NCBI GenBank assembly: GCA_964016885.1
Contig: OZ024741.1
Span: 237,398,001-237,462,000 of the forward strand
Length of the DNA stretch: 64,000 bases
Source of the DNA: Eledone cirrhosa
Lineage: Eukaryota
Direction of reading: 5' to 3'
Positions 11,327-24,879 of the stretch are shown piece after piece. The notes below the pieces were generated by a model. It saw only the letters and a list, made by a program, of their open reading frames with translations, had not been told where the DNA came from and searched no databases. Within the stretch, counting starts at the first letter, position 1; each line of letters begins with the position of its first letter. A program made the position numbers and the translations under genes.

Positions 11327-11650
11327 TATCATCATCACCGTTTTTACGTCCGTTCTTCCATGCTAGCATGGGCTAGACGGGTTGTCCTGTTGTGGGCAGT
11401 GTCTGGTCGGCTGACCATACCTTGCTCATACAGAAACTGATTTTGGCTTGATTTCTACAGCTGGATGCCCTTCCTAACACCAACCTCATTTACAGTGAGT
11501 GCTGGGTGCTTTTTTCTGTGGCGCCTACACGTCCACTTTACAGTGTGGGCTGGGTGCTTTTTTGCCGTGGTACCTCCACGAGCACTTTGCAGTGGGAGGG
11601 TGTGGGGCATATTGTCTATATGCTTCAGCTTGTACCCATGGGAGGTCGGG
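11327..11650 (-). mobile_element. SINE-like element with RTE-type tail (family 3)
   Basis: Near-identical to 28155-28465; shares the GGAAGGGCATCCAGCTGTAGAAATCAAGCC block with family-1 SINEs; (GAT)n tail. Confidence 0.7.
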
Positions 11651-11671
11651 TACTCTATATATATATATAGA

Positions 11672-11900
11672 GGTCATGAAAGTTATAGAAAGATTGCACA
11701 AGTGATTAGGTATCAAATTAACCTAGAGATGAGATGCAGTTCGGCTTTGTGCCAGGAAAAAGTACCATAGATGCCTGCTTCATTTTGAGGCAACTGCAGA
11801 AGTACCTAGTTGAAAGTAAATCCCTTTACTTGACAACCCATCTAAACCATACAATCATGGAAAATAGACATTTTAACAGTGATGATGATGATGATGCTGA
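11672..11900 (+). mobile_element. RTE RT fragment
   Basis: MQFGFVPGKSTIDACFILRQLQ matches 30450-30520. Confidence 0.75.
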
Positions 11901-13724
11901 TTTATTCTGGATGTTTGGAGTTAATTGTTTGTGTGGCAGGAACAATGCAAGTTAACGCTTGTTTTAGAAGCAAACTGTGTCTCTTGTATGTCTAGATTGT
12001 CTTTGTTAGAATATTTGTGTTAGTTGATGTGGTTTGTATACAACCTGTCATGACTATGTGGTTCACTGTTTTGTGTTCATTGTAGTTTAGTGTGGTTTGT
12101 TGTAGGAGATAGAGGGCCTAGGTGGGATTGGCTTAGCCCATGATGGATATAATGCATTGTTTATACAACATTGTTGTTGCTTCTTCACTGTCGTCTGTGA
12201 ATTGATTGTTATTTTTGAAGTTTATTTTTTGATCTTTTATAAAATGTATACATAAATATTAGACACATATACAAAATTTTATCTATTTCTGTAGCTACTA
12301 TCCATATATGTGTGTAAGAAAGGTGAATTGTCAGATACAATATAAAGCCAGAAAGAATACATTGCTGCATTCATTTTGGTCCTCTGTGCTCTAAGTTCAA
12401 CTTTGCTTTTTATCCATTTGAGGTTAATTCTTCACACTCTGTTTTTTTTTTTTTCTTTCTGGAATAAATTGGCACTAATAAAATTTGGAAAGGAATAGGC
12501 TCTGACAGATTTAAAAGGCTCAAGACATGCTATATATTATGACAACACCGCTATAACTCCTTTAGGAGTTGAGGACTCAATTTAGTTTTAAAATGTTAAA
12601 TGAATATTTTTTCTGTTGAGTAACAGAAAGATAATTGATTACTTTACCAAATGGTACTGAATCACTGGCCAGTGGACAAATCTGCTTGGTTGGGATTCAA
12701 AAGACTTGTTTTTATCCACCACCATCACCACCACTACTACTTCTGAGACTGGTTTGCCTTGCAAGAAATGGTCATATGAAGGAGTGGGACTATATTGAAC
12801 TGATTTGCAGAATTTACAACAAGGTCTTTGCTTGTCACAAATTCTTGTTCATATCTTAAAACTTCAGTTATTTTCAGGCTATTATGTTAATTTTTATATG
12901 GATGTTACCAAGGTAACCAAAAAATATATTCCATTGAATATGTATGTGTGGGTATTTGTGTAAATATCTAGAGTCTAGCTACAAACAGGTTTCAGGTTAG
13001 AATTTAAGTCATAAGCTCCCATAAAGCTCTTTATAGTGAAACTTGGTAAGTTAAATATCTTAGACACTGTCAAGAACAGCATATGTAAAACTACACGAAT
13101 TGCTAACCCTTTCATTGAGTGTCAGCGATGTTATTGAATTAGTCATATAGTTAAACTATCACTTTTACTGAAGTCATCAGTCTTCCTTGCATCATTTTCC
13201 TAGATCCTGCAAAAAACTCATAAAATTTATTCCCATGGTGGTATGACCATGCACATTCACATCAATGCCTCCCCAGTGTTGATGCTTCAATAAAAATGTA
13301 TTCGGCCCACTCTGTAAAATGGTGGTGCTAATACCATGATTAAAAGCATTGTCTGCATTGTAAAATGATAGTGCTGGTGCCACAACAAAAAGCATCCTGT
13401 CCACTTTGTAAGGTGGTAATTCCAGAGTCACAATAAAATCATCTTAGTATATGCTGTAAAGTAGTTGGCATTAGGAAACCATGCCAAAAAAAATGGAGCT
13501 TATGGACAAGGTGTGATCACTTGACCAGTCGAGCCTCACTATGTAACCCCCAAAACACATGCAAGCATGGAAAATAAACATGAAATGATGATGATGAGAG
13601 TGAATTAACATGATTGAAGTAAGACTACACACACTAACTGAAATGGTTGGGAAATAGTAAGAGATATAGAGAAGCAAAAAAACGCTGGATGCGCACACAG
13701 ACACACACACACACTCTCTCACAC

Positions 13725-14260
13725 ACATACACAAGTAATTGTCATCTGCTGAGCATTTGTGCAAAGTTGTTTTCATCCAATCTTTGTTATTTTTCATGAA
13801 TTGAATATATATACATAAAAATATATATTCCTTTTCTCAAAATTTTTTCTTTCCTTTTTTTAAAAAATTGCTGCATCTGCACAAGGCCAGCAATTTGGGA
13901 GATGAGGGAAAGTTGTATTAACTGGAGTACCTAACTGGTAATTTATTGTATGAATTGCAGAAGGATGAAAGACAAAGTTAACCAGAGCATAACTAAATTC
14001 CACAAAACACTCTACCAATACTACCAATCAACGGCTCTGCTGCTTCATTTAAATATTATATTTGTAGTGCCTGAGCATGAGCAATATAATGAATTGTAGT
14101 GAAATACAGGTCTATTGAATGGATATATTTATCTTTATTAATACATTTATTTTTTTTTAAATAAGAAATAAATAATAAAGAAATCATTAATACATTTTAT
14201 GTATTTATCAACTGTTATTAACAGCGATAAACATTTACTTCCAAATTTACCTGTTATATA
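13725..14260. repeat. Diverged local duplicate of 16610-16932, interrupted by a SINE
   Basis: Colinear shared blocks AATTGTCRTCTGCT, AAAATATATTCCTTTTCTCAAA, ATATTTGTAGTG, AAATACAGGT, TTTATCTTTATTAA, TTACCTG. Confidence 0.7.
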
Positions 14261-15499
14261 ACACCTGTTATATAAGGTTGTCATCTTAATTTGTTAAATA
14301 TATACACAGACACACACATATATGCGTGTGTAATATATAATATATATCATCATCATCATTTAACATCCACTTTCCCTTCAAGCAAGGTTTGGATGGGACT
14401 TTACATACTGAATCTGTACTAAAGAAGCGCTACTGACCTCCCAGGGGTTCACCTCTGACTTACACATGGTTCTACATTCTACAAAGTGCAATTTATAGTG
14501 ACAAGAACACTAAAGAAGTTGTTACAACGGGAGTATCCTCCCAACCCTTTTTTTGGCAAGCTTTCTATGGCTGGATGCCCTTCCTATCACCAACCACTTT
14601 ACATTCTGTACTGGGTGCGTTTATCATGTAGATCACCAACACTAGAGAGGTTGTTGTGCCATTGACACAACTGAAGGGTGCTTTCAATCCTTTTAGGCAT
14701 GATTTCTACAGCTGTTGCCAACCACTTTACAGGGTGTAATGGGTGCATTTTTGTGGCACTGTCACTAGAAAAGTTTTTGGTCATAGTTTCAACTGAAGAT
14801 CCCTTTCTGCTCTGTAGGGTTTGTGGTGTGGGTGGTGTGATAGGGGGTATAGATATGAAGTTATAGGTGTATGTGGTGGTTTAGCAGAGTGATGAGTAAG
14901 GGGAAAGGGTGACTGATAGTATAATGTAATGGTGTGGGAGGTGTGGATGGTGAGGTTAATAGTGTGTGCAGGGGAGTGTAGAGATAAGTTAATAGCTAAA
15001 GAGAGGCAGTGGCAGTGAGGATATATGCTGGGGAATGCTAGTGTAAGTGGGACACACCTGGATATGTCAGGACATATTGACTGTTGGAATATGCACTTAT
15101 TTACATAACTGATACCAACAGTTTGACATTGGTGAAACTGGTGCTGGTTTGGGTATATATATCAATATTTTTTATATTTATATTGATTTGATTATTGAGT
15201 GATTCATATTAGTTGTAATAATTTTGTTGATAACCCAAATTAATTTGTGGGTATATATCAATATTTCTGATATTTTTTATTAATTAACTTGATTATTGAT
15301 TGGTTGATGTTAGTTGTATTAATTTTATTGATAGCCCTAATTATTTTGTTCAATTATTGCCACTACACTACTAAATTTATATGAATATACTGTTTCTGAA
15401 ATTCATTTCAGTTAGCATTGGTTAAGATAGTGTGACAGTGTGACACGGTGTTACATATGTGCATAAAACATCTAGTGGTAGTGTGATTTCGTAAACTTA

Positions 15500-16390
15500 T
15501 TAGTATGTTAAAGCCCGGCATTGCTCGGGGTCATTAAGTTACCAAAGTTAGGTTGCACCACCCATTTTATGGCAGCACTTTTTTGTCTGCCAGGCACTGG
15601 GTGAATGAATTGCAGACCTGGAAGCATGAGCTGCGCCAGCAGTGACAATTGTAGTTTCGCCTATGGATATTATCTCTGTGCAAAAAAGTATTGAAATTTA
15701 TTGTTTCACAGTACTTGCGCAACACGCGCGTAGACGATGCCAGCCGAACAACAGAGCTGCGATGGAGTTGTTCTGCATGGCTGTCTGTGTGTTTTCTAAA
15801 TTTAAGACAGTAAGGAGGGTTGTGATATGAGGGAGAGTTAGCTGTTGTTTCTAGCAGGTTTAGTGACCTCATAGAGGATATGTTTTCTAAATTTAAGACA
15901 GTAGGGAGTGGTGTGATATGGGGGAGAGTTAGCTGCTGTTTCTAGCAGGTTTAGTGACCTCATAGAAGATATGTTTTCTAAATTTAAGACAGTAGGGAGT
16001 GGTGTGATATGGGGGAGAGTTAGCTGCTGTTTCTAGCAGGTTTAGTAACCTCATAGAGGATATGTGTTTTCTAAATTTAAGACAGTAGGGAGTGGTGTGA
16101 ACGGACAGTATCACCATCAAGCTTGGAAAGAGAAAGTAGCAGAAAGTATGAAGTTGTATAGATTTTGAATGGTAGTAGAAAGAGTTCAGCAGTTTAAATG
16201 AGAGAGAAAAATCGTAAAATATTGAGTTTTATGTATTTTTTGTGTAATTGTGGGTGAAATTGAAATAATTATCTGCGTCAAGACGCAATCGAAACTATTT
16301 CGAATACTGAATTGTAAATTTCAATTGAAGAAATTCTATATCGTAGATTTCTATAACGAAGGAGCATGACCACACACTGAGCTTTATAGA
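15500..16390 (-). mobile_element. Non-autonomous Helitron-like element carrying a tandem array
   Basis: - strand begins TCTATAAAGCTCAGTGTGTG and ends with hairpin CCCGAGC-AAT-GCCGGG followed by CTAAT (CTAG-like). Confidence 0.6.
15791..16099. repeat. 91-bp tandem repeat, about 3.3 copies
   Basis: Unit GTTTTCTAAATTTAAGACAGTAGGGAG...GACCTCATAGAGGATAT starts at 15791, 15882, 15973 and 16066. Confidence 0.95.
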
Positions 16391-16398
16391 TTATGATG

Positions 16399-16429
<31 letters not shown>

Positions 16430-16615
16430 AGGAATATAATACTTGGTGTGTTGCTTGATTGATCCAGTGTTAGATGTCACGTTTGACATCATATAGAGAG
16501 AAGAGGATAAAGAGAAAGTAAAAGAGATAGAAAGAGAAAATTAATATATGGGTTGAAGGAGGTGTATACATACTGATTGAAGTAGCAGGTGGAGATAGTG
16601 AGCATGCATACATAC

Positions 16616-16932
16616 ATGTACAAGGAATTGTCGTCTGCTTATAGCATTTGTACGGCGTTTGGGTTATCTTTTCGCTCTTTCTTCGTTGATGAATAGAAGA
16701 AACATCTATAGAAAATATATTCCTTTTCTCAAATTCTTTTCTTTCCTTTTTCTCAAATCAATGCTTTATTTAATATCATATTTGTAGTGTTTGTGCGTGA
16801 GCAAAATAAGAAATAGTTTGAGACAAATACAGGTGTAGGGAATTTATTTATTTATCTTTATTAACACATCTAAAAAATGTATTTACCTACATTACAATAG
16901 TAAACGTATACTTCCCCAAACTTACCTGCCAT
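16616..16932 (-). other. Candidate first two coding exons of an unidentified minus-strand gene (16926-16932 and 16616-16705)
   Basis: ATGGCAG|GTAAGT donor, TTTTCTATAG| acceptor, and a 90-nt open phase 1-1 exon ending in |GTATGT, giving MADVSSIHQRRKSEKITQTPYKCYKQTTIPCT; no recognised homology. Confidence 0.3.
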
Positions 16933-17196
16933 ATGACGGGTAACCCTAGTTTATAAAAAATAACCTTTACTGAAATTCCTTGTTCGATACTGTTAAACGT
17001 AATTATAATGTCAGGTTTGTATCTATATAGATTAGAAGTAACAGACTACGAAAATATGTATATAAATTTACACGTTTTTGTATATAGACATCTAAACATG
17101 TCAAATATACATATTTTTCTGTAAAATGATATTTTTTTTCAATTTTCTGGGTAATACGTATATTTGGCATGTTTACATGTCAATATACGAAAAATT

Positions 17197-17237
<41 letters not shown>

Positions 17238-17689
17238 GAAAATATAGAAATTAATATATATCCTAATTATAATAGAAGACTAAGATTGAGAAAGACTTAA
17301 ACTATCTAGTGGTTACCTTCTCTTGTTTCTCAACCGTCACCGTTAGTTGCTGCTACTATCGCTACTGCTGCTACTTCCTGTATTTCCTTACTAAATGGAG
17401 CCACAATGATAACAACAAAAGAAGGTGTGAGGACTTTATTACTGCTAAATTAAGTGTTCCTTTTTACCGGGCCTCTGTTCAATATTTCTGGATCACGCAC
17501 TCTATTTACTTTACATTTCATAATCTTCTGCTATTGTTAGAACGAAACCGCTACAAAAACTGCTCTTCAAGTCACAGTTACCTTTTTCCATTCATTAGTA
17601 TATCCACATTATACATACATGTTTTACCGTATTTCTAGCTAGGTTTAGAAGATCTATATCTACACATACATACATACATATATATATTT

Positions 17690-17835
17690 GATAACTAGAC
17701 ACACAAACCATACATAATACATTTTAATTCGTCTAAACGGGTTTTATCATATATATATAAATCTGATAACGAGATACACACGAACCGTACATAGTACATC
17801 TTAATTCCTCTAACGGGACATTTATCATATATATA
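17690..17835. repeat. Two diverged tandem copies of a ~76-bp unit
   Basis: GATAACTAGACACACAAACCATACATAATACATTTTAATTC... and GATAACGAGATACACACGAACCGTACATAGTACATCTTAATTC... Confidence 0.75.
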
Positions 17836-20800
17836 TATACACACACACACACACAAAGAGAAGGGGAGAGAGAGATAGGTGAAGTGTTCACTAAGTCCTA
17901 TCAACATCTCTCCCCTGTACAAACCACACAACTTGGTAAGTACACATTCTAAACTTTACTCTAAAGTTCCTAATATAAATCAATATTTCTTGTGATTGTT
18001 AAAGCTGTAAATTTTATAACTTTAACCCTTCTCTCCATCTCTCTAGTCATCTCTTTTTTTCACTCAAAATTCCTCTAGTTATTACATCCCTACCAGATAA
18101 TGATAATAGTAATTGCATTAATGAGATTTTCTGTCCATATAGAAAGCATTATAATGATGATTCCTTACCAAGACAGATGAACGCCGTTAATTTTAAGAAG
18201 GGGTGAAGTGGGGTAGTTTCACTTTTGTCCAAACTTGAACTGGCAACGAAGAAATAACGAAGTGCTCCAAATTATTTTATCCGATACTTATCGTTTCTGC
18301 GACCCACCCCCAATTGCTATGATTTCATACAAGGCCAAATTTTTGGTTTTAGTATTATTATTTTTGTCGAGGGCACCATCCTGGATTGGTTCTTATTTTA
18401 TCAGACCGCGCGGAAAATGAAAAGAAATGTTGACATCGACGTGGTTTGAACATGAAGAGACATAATTAAATATCACAAGACCACAAAAAGGTAGCAATTT
18501 TTATAAGTATTTCTTTTCTTTTAAAGAAATTATATTGGACATGCAATAATGTGTTAATTTATAAAATGTGATTCAGACCATCCATCTATCCATTTCAGTT
18601 TTGTGTTGTTATTTAACCCCAGAGTTCAAATCCCGCTGTGATTAGCTTTTCCTTTCATCCTTACGGAATTGATAAAATAAAGTACCAGTAACGCAACTGG
18701 AATCGATTAAATCGACTTTCCCGTTCCCTCCATATTGCCGGCCTTGTGTCAAAAGTAGAAACAATTATTTAACCCCATGTCAGCAGTGTTAGAGCAGACC
18801 TACGATCGAAGGCGTTATAGCTCTGATCATCCTGTCTTTTACCAAGTAATGTATCTAAGACTGCATTATCCAATATGTCCTACATTTGTTTCAAGACAGT
18901 AGGGTGTGATTTGAGGGAGATTTAGCTATTATTTTTAGCATCTCGAGCGACAAGATAGAATGTTTCTGGACTGCTGTTGTACGAAGTAAATTGAAGTATT
19001 GCACCTCCGCTGTCCACAAAAAAAAAGGACAATTAAGTGGGTAGGTGACTTGTTCCTGCAGACAATTACGGTTCCACGAATAGACAGGAGGAAAAGTGAT
19101 GATGCTTTGCATCTCCTTCAGACACGACAAACATTCTGACTTCTTCATGTCCTACTTCAAGACACACACGAGAGTAATGTATAGTTCCATCTCTAGCAAG
19201 ATTATTTTTTATGAAAAAGGGGGTTAGTGTTATTTGAAGGGAGTTTGGCAGTTATATTTAGCAGGTCCAACGGCCGTGTTTAGGTGCTGCCTGAATGTCA
19301 CAGTAATATTGGTACAGCTGGATTGACTGCCTTTACGATATCACCATTGTTCGGAGTTCAAATCACGCTGAAATCGTTTTACCTGTTATATTTTATGGGA
19401 TCGGTAAAATAAGTACCAGCTATATTATTTAATTTACGATAGAAGCACCCGTATTCTTCCGTTTACAAACTGACCTCGTGACTTAGTCAACAGAAACCAT
19501 TATTGTTGTTAAGTTACAGGTGAAACCTGATGGTGCATTCCAACGGTGACCATCTTATCTAAAGAGTGGTGGAAGACAACCATTAGCTAACGTGTCCATC
19601 CCCCTTTTCGTAAGACGAGATCTGGTTTGACTGCTGTTTCTAGCAACTTGAACGAACATGTAGAGTCTTTCGTTGACTCAACTACCATTATTAGTGGTGG
19701 ATTGGTAGAATCGTTAGGATGTCGGACAAAAATGCTTCGCGGTATTTGTTCGGACTGTTTATGTGCTCATTTCAAATCCCACTGAAGTTAACTTTACCTT
19801 TTAAATTGACTTATCTTTCCCCCAAATTGCTGGCCTTGTGCCAAAGAATTATCATTTGTGGAAGAGCGGTTGACTGGCTGCAAAATGATTTTCTGTATTT
19901 AGTTACGTCATCCTACGTTCTGAGTTCAAATCCCGCCGAGGTCAACCTTGCCATTCATCCTTCTGGGGTCGATGTAATTGACTTTCTCTTTGCCACAAAT
20001 TGCTGGCCTTGTGCCAATGTTAGAAATAATTGTTTTTATTTGTGTAAGAGAGATGGAGATAGCGCTGATGACTTAGCTTGTTGCTTCGATAATCTGTGTT
20101 CAAATCACATGAAGATTACTTGAATTTCACCAACAACCTCCGGGGTTCGCAATATAATAGTTGAATCGATATCAATTTTGTTAACTATATACTCCTCTCA
20201 CCATACCAAAGAAAAACTAGGTTCATGTGTCCAAATCAAAATCATTTTTAAAATGATTTCGAGAAAGGTATGAACATCATCACACAATCCCATTGGCCCC
20301 CACCCCATAAACGTGTGCAGCCTTGCTGGTAGAAAGCGGTTGAGTACCTTAATCGGTTTCATCCGCCAGAGTCAACTGAATTAAAATAAAAACCATTAAT
20401 ATACTAGGTTCACGTCAATCAATTCTATCTCCTCCTCACTTAAGAAAAATATGCTGTCCACTAATATTATTAGAGCAAGACATGAACACCTAGTTCAAAC
20501 TTAACTCTCAGAAAACCGTATCTTTACCGCCAATGTAAAAGATCACCACCGCCACAACCATCATCATTACAGTCACCCCTATTATGTCTGCTGCAGGTGT
20601 TTTATCATTTATCAATACCTTATGTCTTTTCCTGTCTTTTTTATTTCCACTATCACTACTCACCGCCACCTCTATTATCTCCCCCACCAACATATAATAC
20701 CGTCACACATCATCCTCAAATTACAACCCACTTTCACACTGGTCTTAGGTTCCTTCCTGAGTGATCACAAATGGAATGTCTTCGATCACATGTCTGCTCG

Positions 20801-20919
20801 GTCAGCGCTGACCTCGGGCTAAACAAAAACAGCAGCTACTTTCTAGTACCACAATAATCATCACCACTACGCTATACACTACAATATTTTCCATAAATCT
20901 CCAGCTAATCTTTAGTTTC

Positions 20920-21705
20920 CTCCCTTTTCTCCCCTTCTCTAATACATTATATATTACCCTCTTTTCCTTCTCAATCTAGCTTCTCTTTTCCTCTCGAATA
21001 CATTATCTATTTCGCCACCTCTCTAATACATGTCTCTTTCTCTCCCTCAAATAAATTATCTATCTTTTCGTCTTCTATTGTTATATATTATCTATAATAT
21101 CTCTCAGTATATATTTTATATTCCTTCTTCTCTAATACATTATATTCTCTCTTTTCCCCTCTCTAAAACACTATCTATCTTCTCTCTCCTCTTCACTAAT
21201 GCAGTATCTTTCTTCCTTTTCTTTAATACACTATTTATCTTCTCTCTAATACATTTATATTTCCCCTGTCATACTTCCTTACTCTTAATTTCCTCTCTTA
21301 CCATCTTTTCTATTTCCTGTCTCGTACTATCCTCCTTTCCCTCTTTCACATACCTTCACTTTTTTATCCTTATTTAACTTGTCTTCCTCCTTTTTTCTCT
21401 CTTTATACTTTCCTCTCTTTTGTTCACCCCTCTCCCTTGCTTCGATATATATTCCCTTTCTCATAGTTTCTTTATATTTATTTTTTCTCCATTCTCTTTT
21501 CTTTCGTTTTCTTTTGTGTCCCTTTATTTCTTTACATTTTCTCTCTTTTCATTTTTTATCTTTCACTTTTTCGTGTCCTTTATATCTTATCTACTCCTCC
21601 TGCCTTTTTTTATTATTTTTTTTTGTACTCTTAGTCTTTCTTTTCTCCTTCTTCCATTGGTTCCTTTTTATTTATTTATTTTATTCATTCTTTCTATCTT
21701 TCCAC
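20920..21705 (+). repeat. Pyrimidine-rich low-complexity tract with degenerate CTCTCTAATACATTAT units
   Basis: Motif recurs several times between about 20936 and 21260; overlapping F/L/S-rich ORFs are compositional. Confidence 0.7.
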
Positions 21706-24169
21706 ATGAAAACATTTACTCTTGTAAAAAAAATGCAGGAGAGAAATAATCACCAAAACGATAGTAGCAGTTTTCCCTTCTTTGGTTGGTTCTATCATCA
21801 CCATCGTCATTACTGTTGCTATTATTTTAGTATTAGAACCATTACCATCGTTGACGTTATTTCACCATTTACTCAATGTTCACCCCTCCCACTTCTTTTG
21901 GATCTCAGAGACACAGACAGAACATACTGAGAAGACTCGGTGATTAATTTATAAACATATATATATATAACACGCACCTTAAATCAAAGTCAATATTACA
22001 CATATACATTATACACTTTGTCACAAATATATTCACATTTTCCTGACGTTTGTACATTACCCTATGTACTATACATACACTTTTTGATGAGTTGTAGTGC
22101 ACCTGAGCACTGTACACAATATTTCATTATTATTATTATTATATATCCATCATCATCATTTAACGTCCATTTTCCCTACTATCAAATGTGTGTTTTATGT
22201 GTGTGTGTCTTTTTAAGGAATGTTGATAATCTGACTTCTGCGAGGCTCCTGTGATTGGAAAGTTCAGGCTGACCTGAAAAAAAGCCCTAGTATTCCCAAG
22301 CCATATTTCTATAACAACAGTACACTATGCCCCAACCTTATAACAGTCTGATTGTTGTCCTAACAATGCCTTGTGAAGACAATATGCAGTGGGCTCATGA
22401 AAGAAAGTACATAAATTATGAAGAACTAAAGGAGTCATGTGATGCTGAGGGTAGCAGTGTACATTGCTTTCAGTTGACGTGGGATGACATGGATTTGTGG
22501 CTTGATCCAGCATGTCCTACCTGGTTGGTATAAGATTTGGAAAGGAAAGTAGTGAAGTGATTCAAGAGCTTGATAAGAAAAGCATTCAAGTGAAAGACCA
22601 ACTCAGATTAGACAGTAAGCCCTTAGCAATGAGTAAAGATCATAATGCCTGAATAATGAAAATGGTTACAACAGCGTCACAATTCTGATGACAGCAGCAG
22701 GAATGACAATGAAAATCCTGCTATTGAGTGGCCCATAAAACTTGGACATTTCCTTGAAGCATCACTGCTGGATGGATGGATATTGTCATAAGGAGCCAAA
22801 ATCGTTAATATCTTATGTTGATATATATATATATGGGTTTGGTATCATTAAATGTACTGAATATATGCTGAAAAATGGTTTGCATTTGCAAAGGCATCTA
22901 ACTGTAGAATTGTTGGTAAGGAGTTAGAGTAGAAGAAACATCACTGAGTGTGTGATAGGAGTATGCTGAAAGAGCAAGTACCAGAATGACATGGAAATAG
23001 AGAAAAGAGTAATGGAAAAATGATAAAGCAGCTACATGATGGTTGATAAGAAGTTTGTATAGGATCTGTGGCATGATGGGAAGAGGAGTAGAGAGAGTGA
23101 TAAGGGAGGGAAAATGATGGAAGTGATGGGAGAGGAAAGTGATACAGTAGGCAGTTAGGCAGTAATATGACAGAAAAAAAGAGAGCTTGTGTATTGAATA
23201 GCAATAAAAAAAGGCTGATAGTAGGGGGTGTCCATAACACTGGTGGTGAATTGGGAGAGCTATAATTGTTTCTACTTTTGGCACAAGGCCAGCAATTACC
23301 CAGTGCATTAGTGGTACTTTATTTTATCGACCCCGTAAGGATGAAAGGCAAAGTTAACCTCGGTGGGATTTGAACTCAGAATGGCAAGGGGCATAACTCT
23401 ATGCATTAAAGCATGGTGTCCAACCCTCTACCGATACTGCCATATTGGGAGAAATATAATGATAGTAAGGAACTCCATTATCATTTCATGTCTGATTTTC
23501 CAAACTTGCATATGTTTTGTGGGTTTTCTTTGGTTCAGTGTTTCAACACTTGTTGCAATCCTTTATAAAGTCTAGCTTCTTGAGAGCCACCTTCACCACT
23601 TTGCTCTCTGCTTTACTTGGTCCCTCTTTTTCACAGGTTCCATCCATTTGGAGCTCTTGGCACTTCTTTATACAAATACCATCCTCCATATGCATCACAT
23701 ACCCATAACAGTACAGTCTTCTGTCTGCTTCTTTTTATATTCAGCTTTTCTCTCAGCTCATTTATGTTCAGTAGTTCATGCACATTCAGAAAAAGCATGC
23801 TCATTTCATTTTTTTTTTCAAATCCTTCTACACAGCATTGCACTTCGTATTCAAACACAGTAAAATCTACCCTTCAGTCTGAGATTTCTTTGTTGCCAGT
23901 AAAGATAATAGCTAACTTGACTTTATCCACTCCATTCTTACTCTAGTAACTATGCTTTTGGAACACCAACCTCTATAGGTAATAAGGATATCTAGATAAC
24001 AAGCTATCAACTATAAGACCTCTATTTTTTTCAGGGAGTTTATTTTATCTCTACTGTTACTACTAAGTACTTCTGTGCATCAGCTCACCTGTGATCCCAC
24101 TACATCTCTTGTGTACCTGTAATTTATATTGAGTACACTATATGGAGTTTCTACCTACTCTTTTTCCGT

Positions 24170-24820
24170 ATATCCAGTGTGACTACTTCCTTGGTGACAG
24201 TAATGTACTGTCCTCTTTCTTGATAACAAAAACTTTGGTCTTTTCTAAATTTATTTTGAGGCCTCTAAGTTTAGAATTTCCTCTCTAAAACTTTGACCAA
24301 TTCAGCTATGAGAACTATATCATATTGGCAATTGGTTTTAAACTGTTATGGCCTGAATGACTATAATAAACAGAAGAGCTGAGAATCAAGTCATAGTTGA
24401 CTGCTACAAGCTTGCTAACTGCCACCTTGCAGGTGGCACCTCAGTACACGCCTCGCAGTATACCCACAATCCATTAATCTACACTTAGTTTTCTTAAAAA
24501 CTCCCAAATTGTGTGATACTCTGTTAAAGTCCTTCTCCAGATGGACAAATGTTAAGTAGAGTGGCTTACTCATAGCTAAGTACGTCTCTCACTAAAAAAA
24601 GGGGCATCAGTAGTATCCTATCCTGGACTGAATTTTATCTAGGCTTAATTCTCTTAATCAGTTATGCTTTGAATCTTCCAGAAATTTCATAACCTGGTCC
24701 AACAATTTGATGCCTCCATAGGTGCCTCTCTCTAGAGCATCTACTTTGTCCTTGTAGTAATTGATGATATTGCTACACCAGTTATTGGTAAGAGCCCACT
24801 GGTGATTGACATAGGAGAAT
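24170..24820 (-). mobile_element. Old degraded RTE RT fragment
   Basis: Reverse complement matches the GDALERxxY-GIKLxDQVMK and NLEKTKV regions of the 29-31 kb RTE; heavily broken. Confidence 0.6.
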
Positions 24821-24879
24821 AGGTTTTCAGTAGATGTGACTTGACAAAAGTTGTACAGATGGTCATTAAGAATGGAAAG

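Noticed and set aside
13150-13190. CTGATGA on - strand (similar hits at about 20065 and 22685 on +)
   Set aside because: No compatible stem II, GAAA and stem I; chance matches.
17075-17195. Short imperfect inverted repeat
   Set aside because: About 36-bp AT-rich arms with no ribozyme core or TSD; too weak to interpret.
21030-21930. Hydrophobic F/L/S-rich ORFs resembling membrane proteins
   Set aside because: Product of a pyrimidine-rich low-complexity tract.
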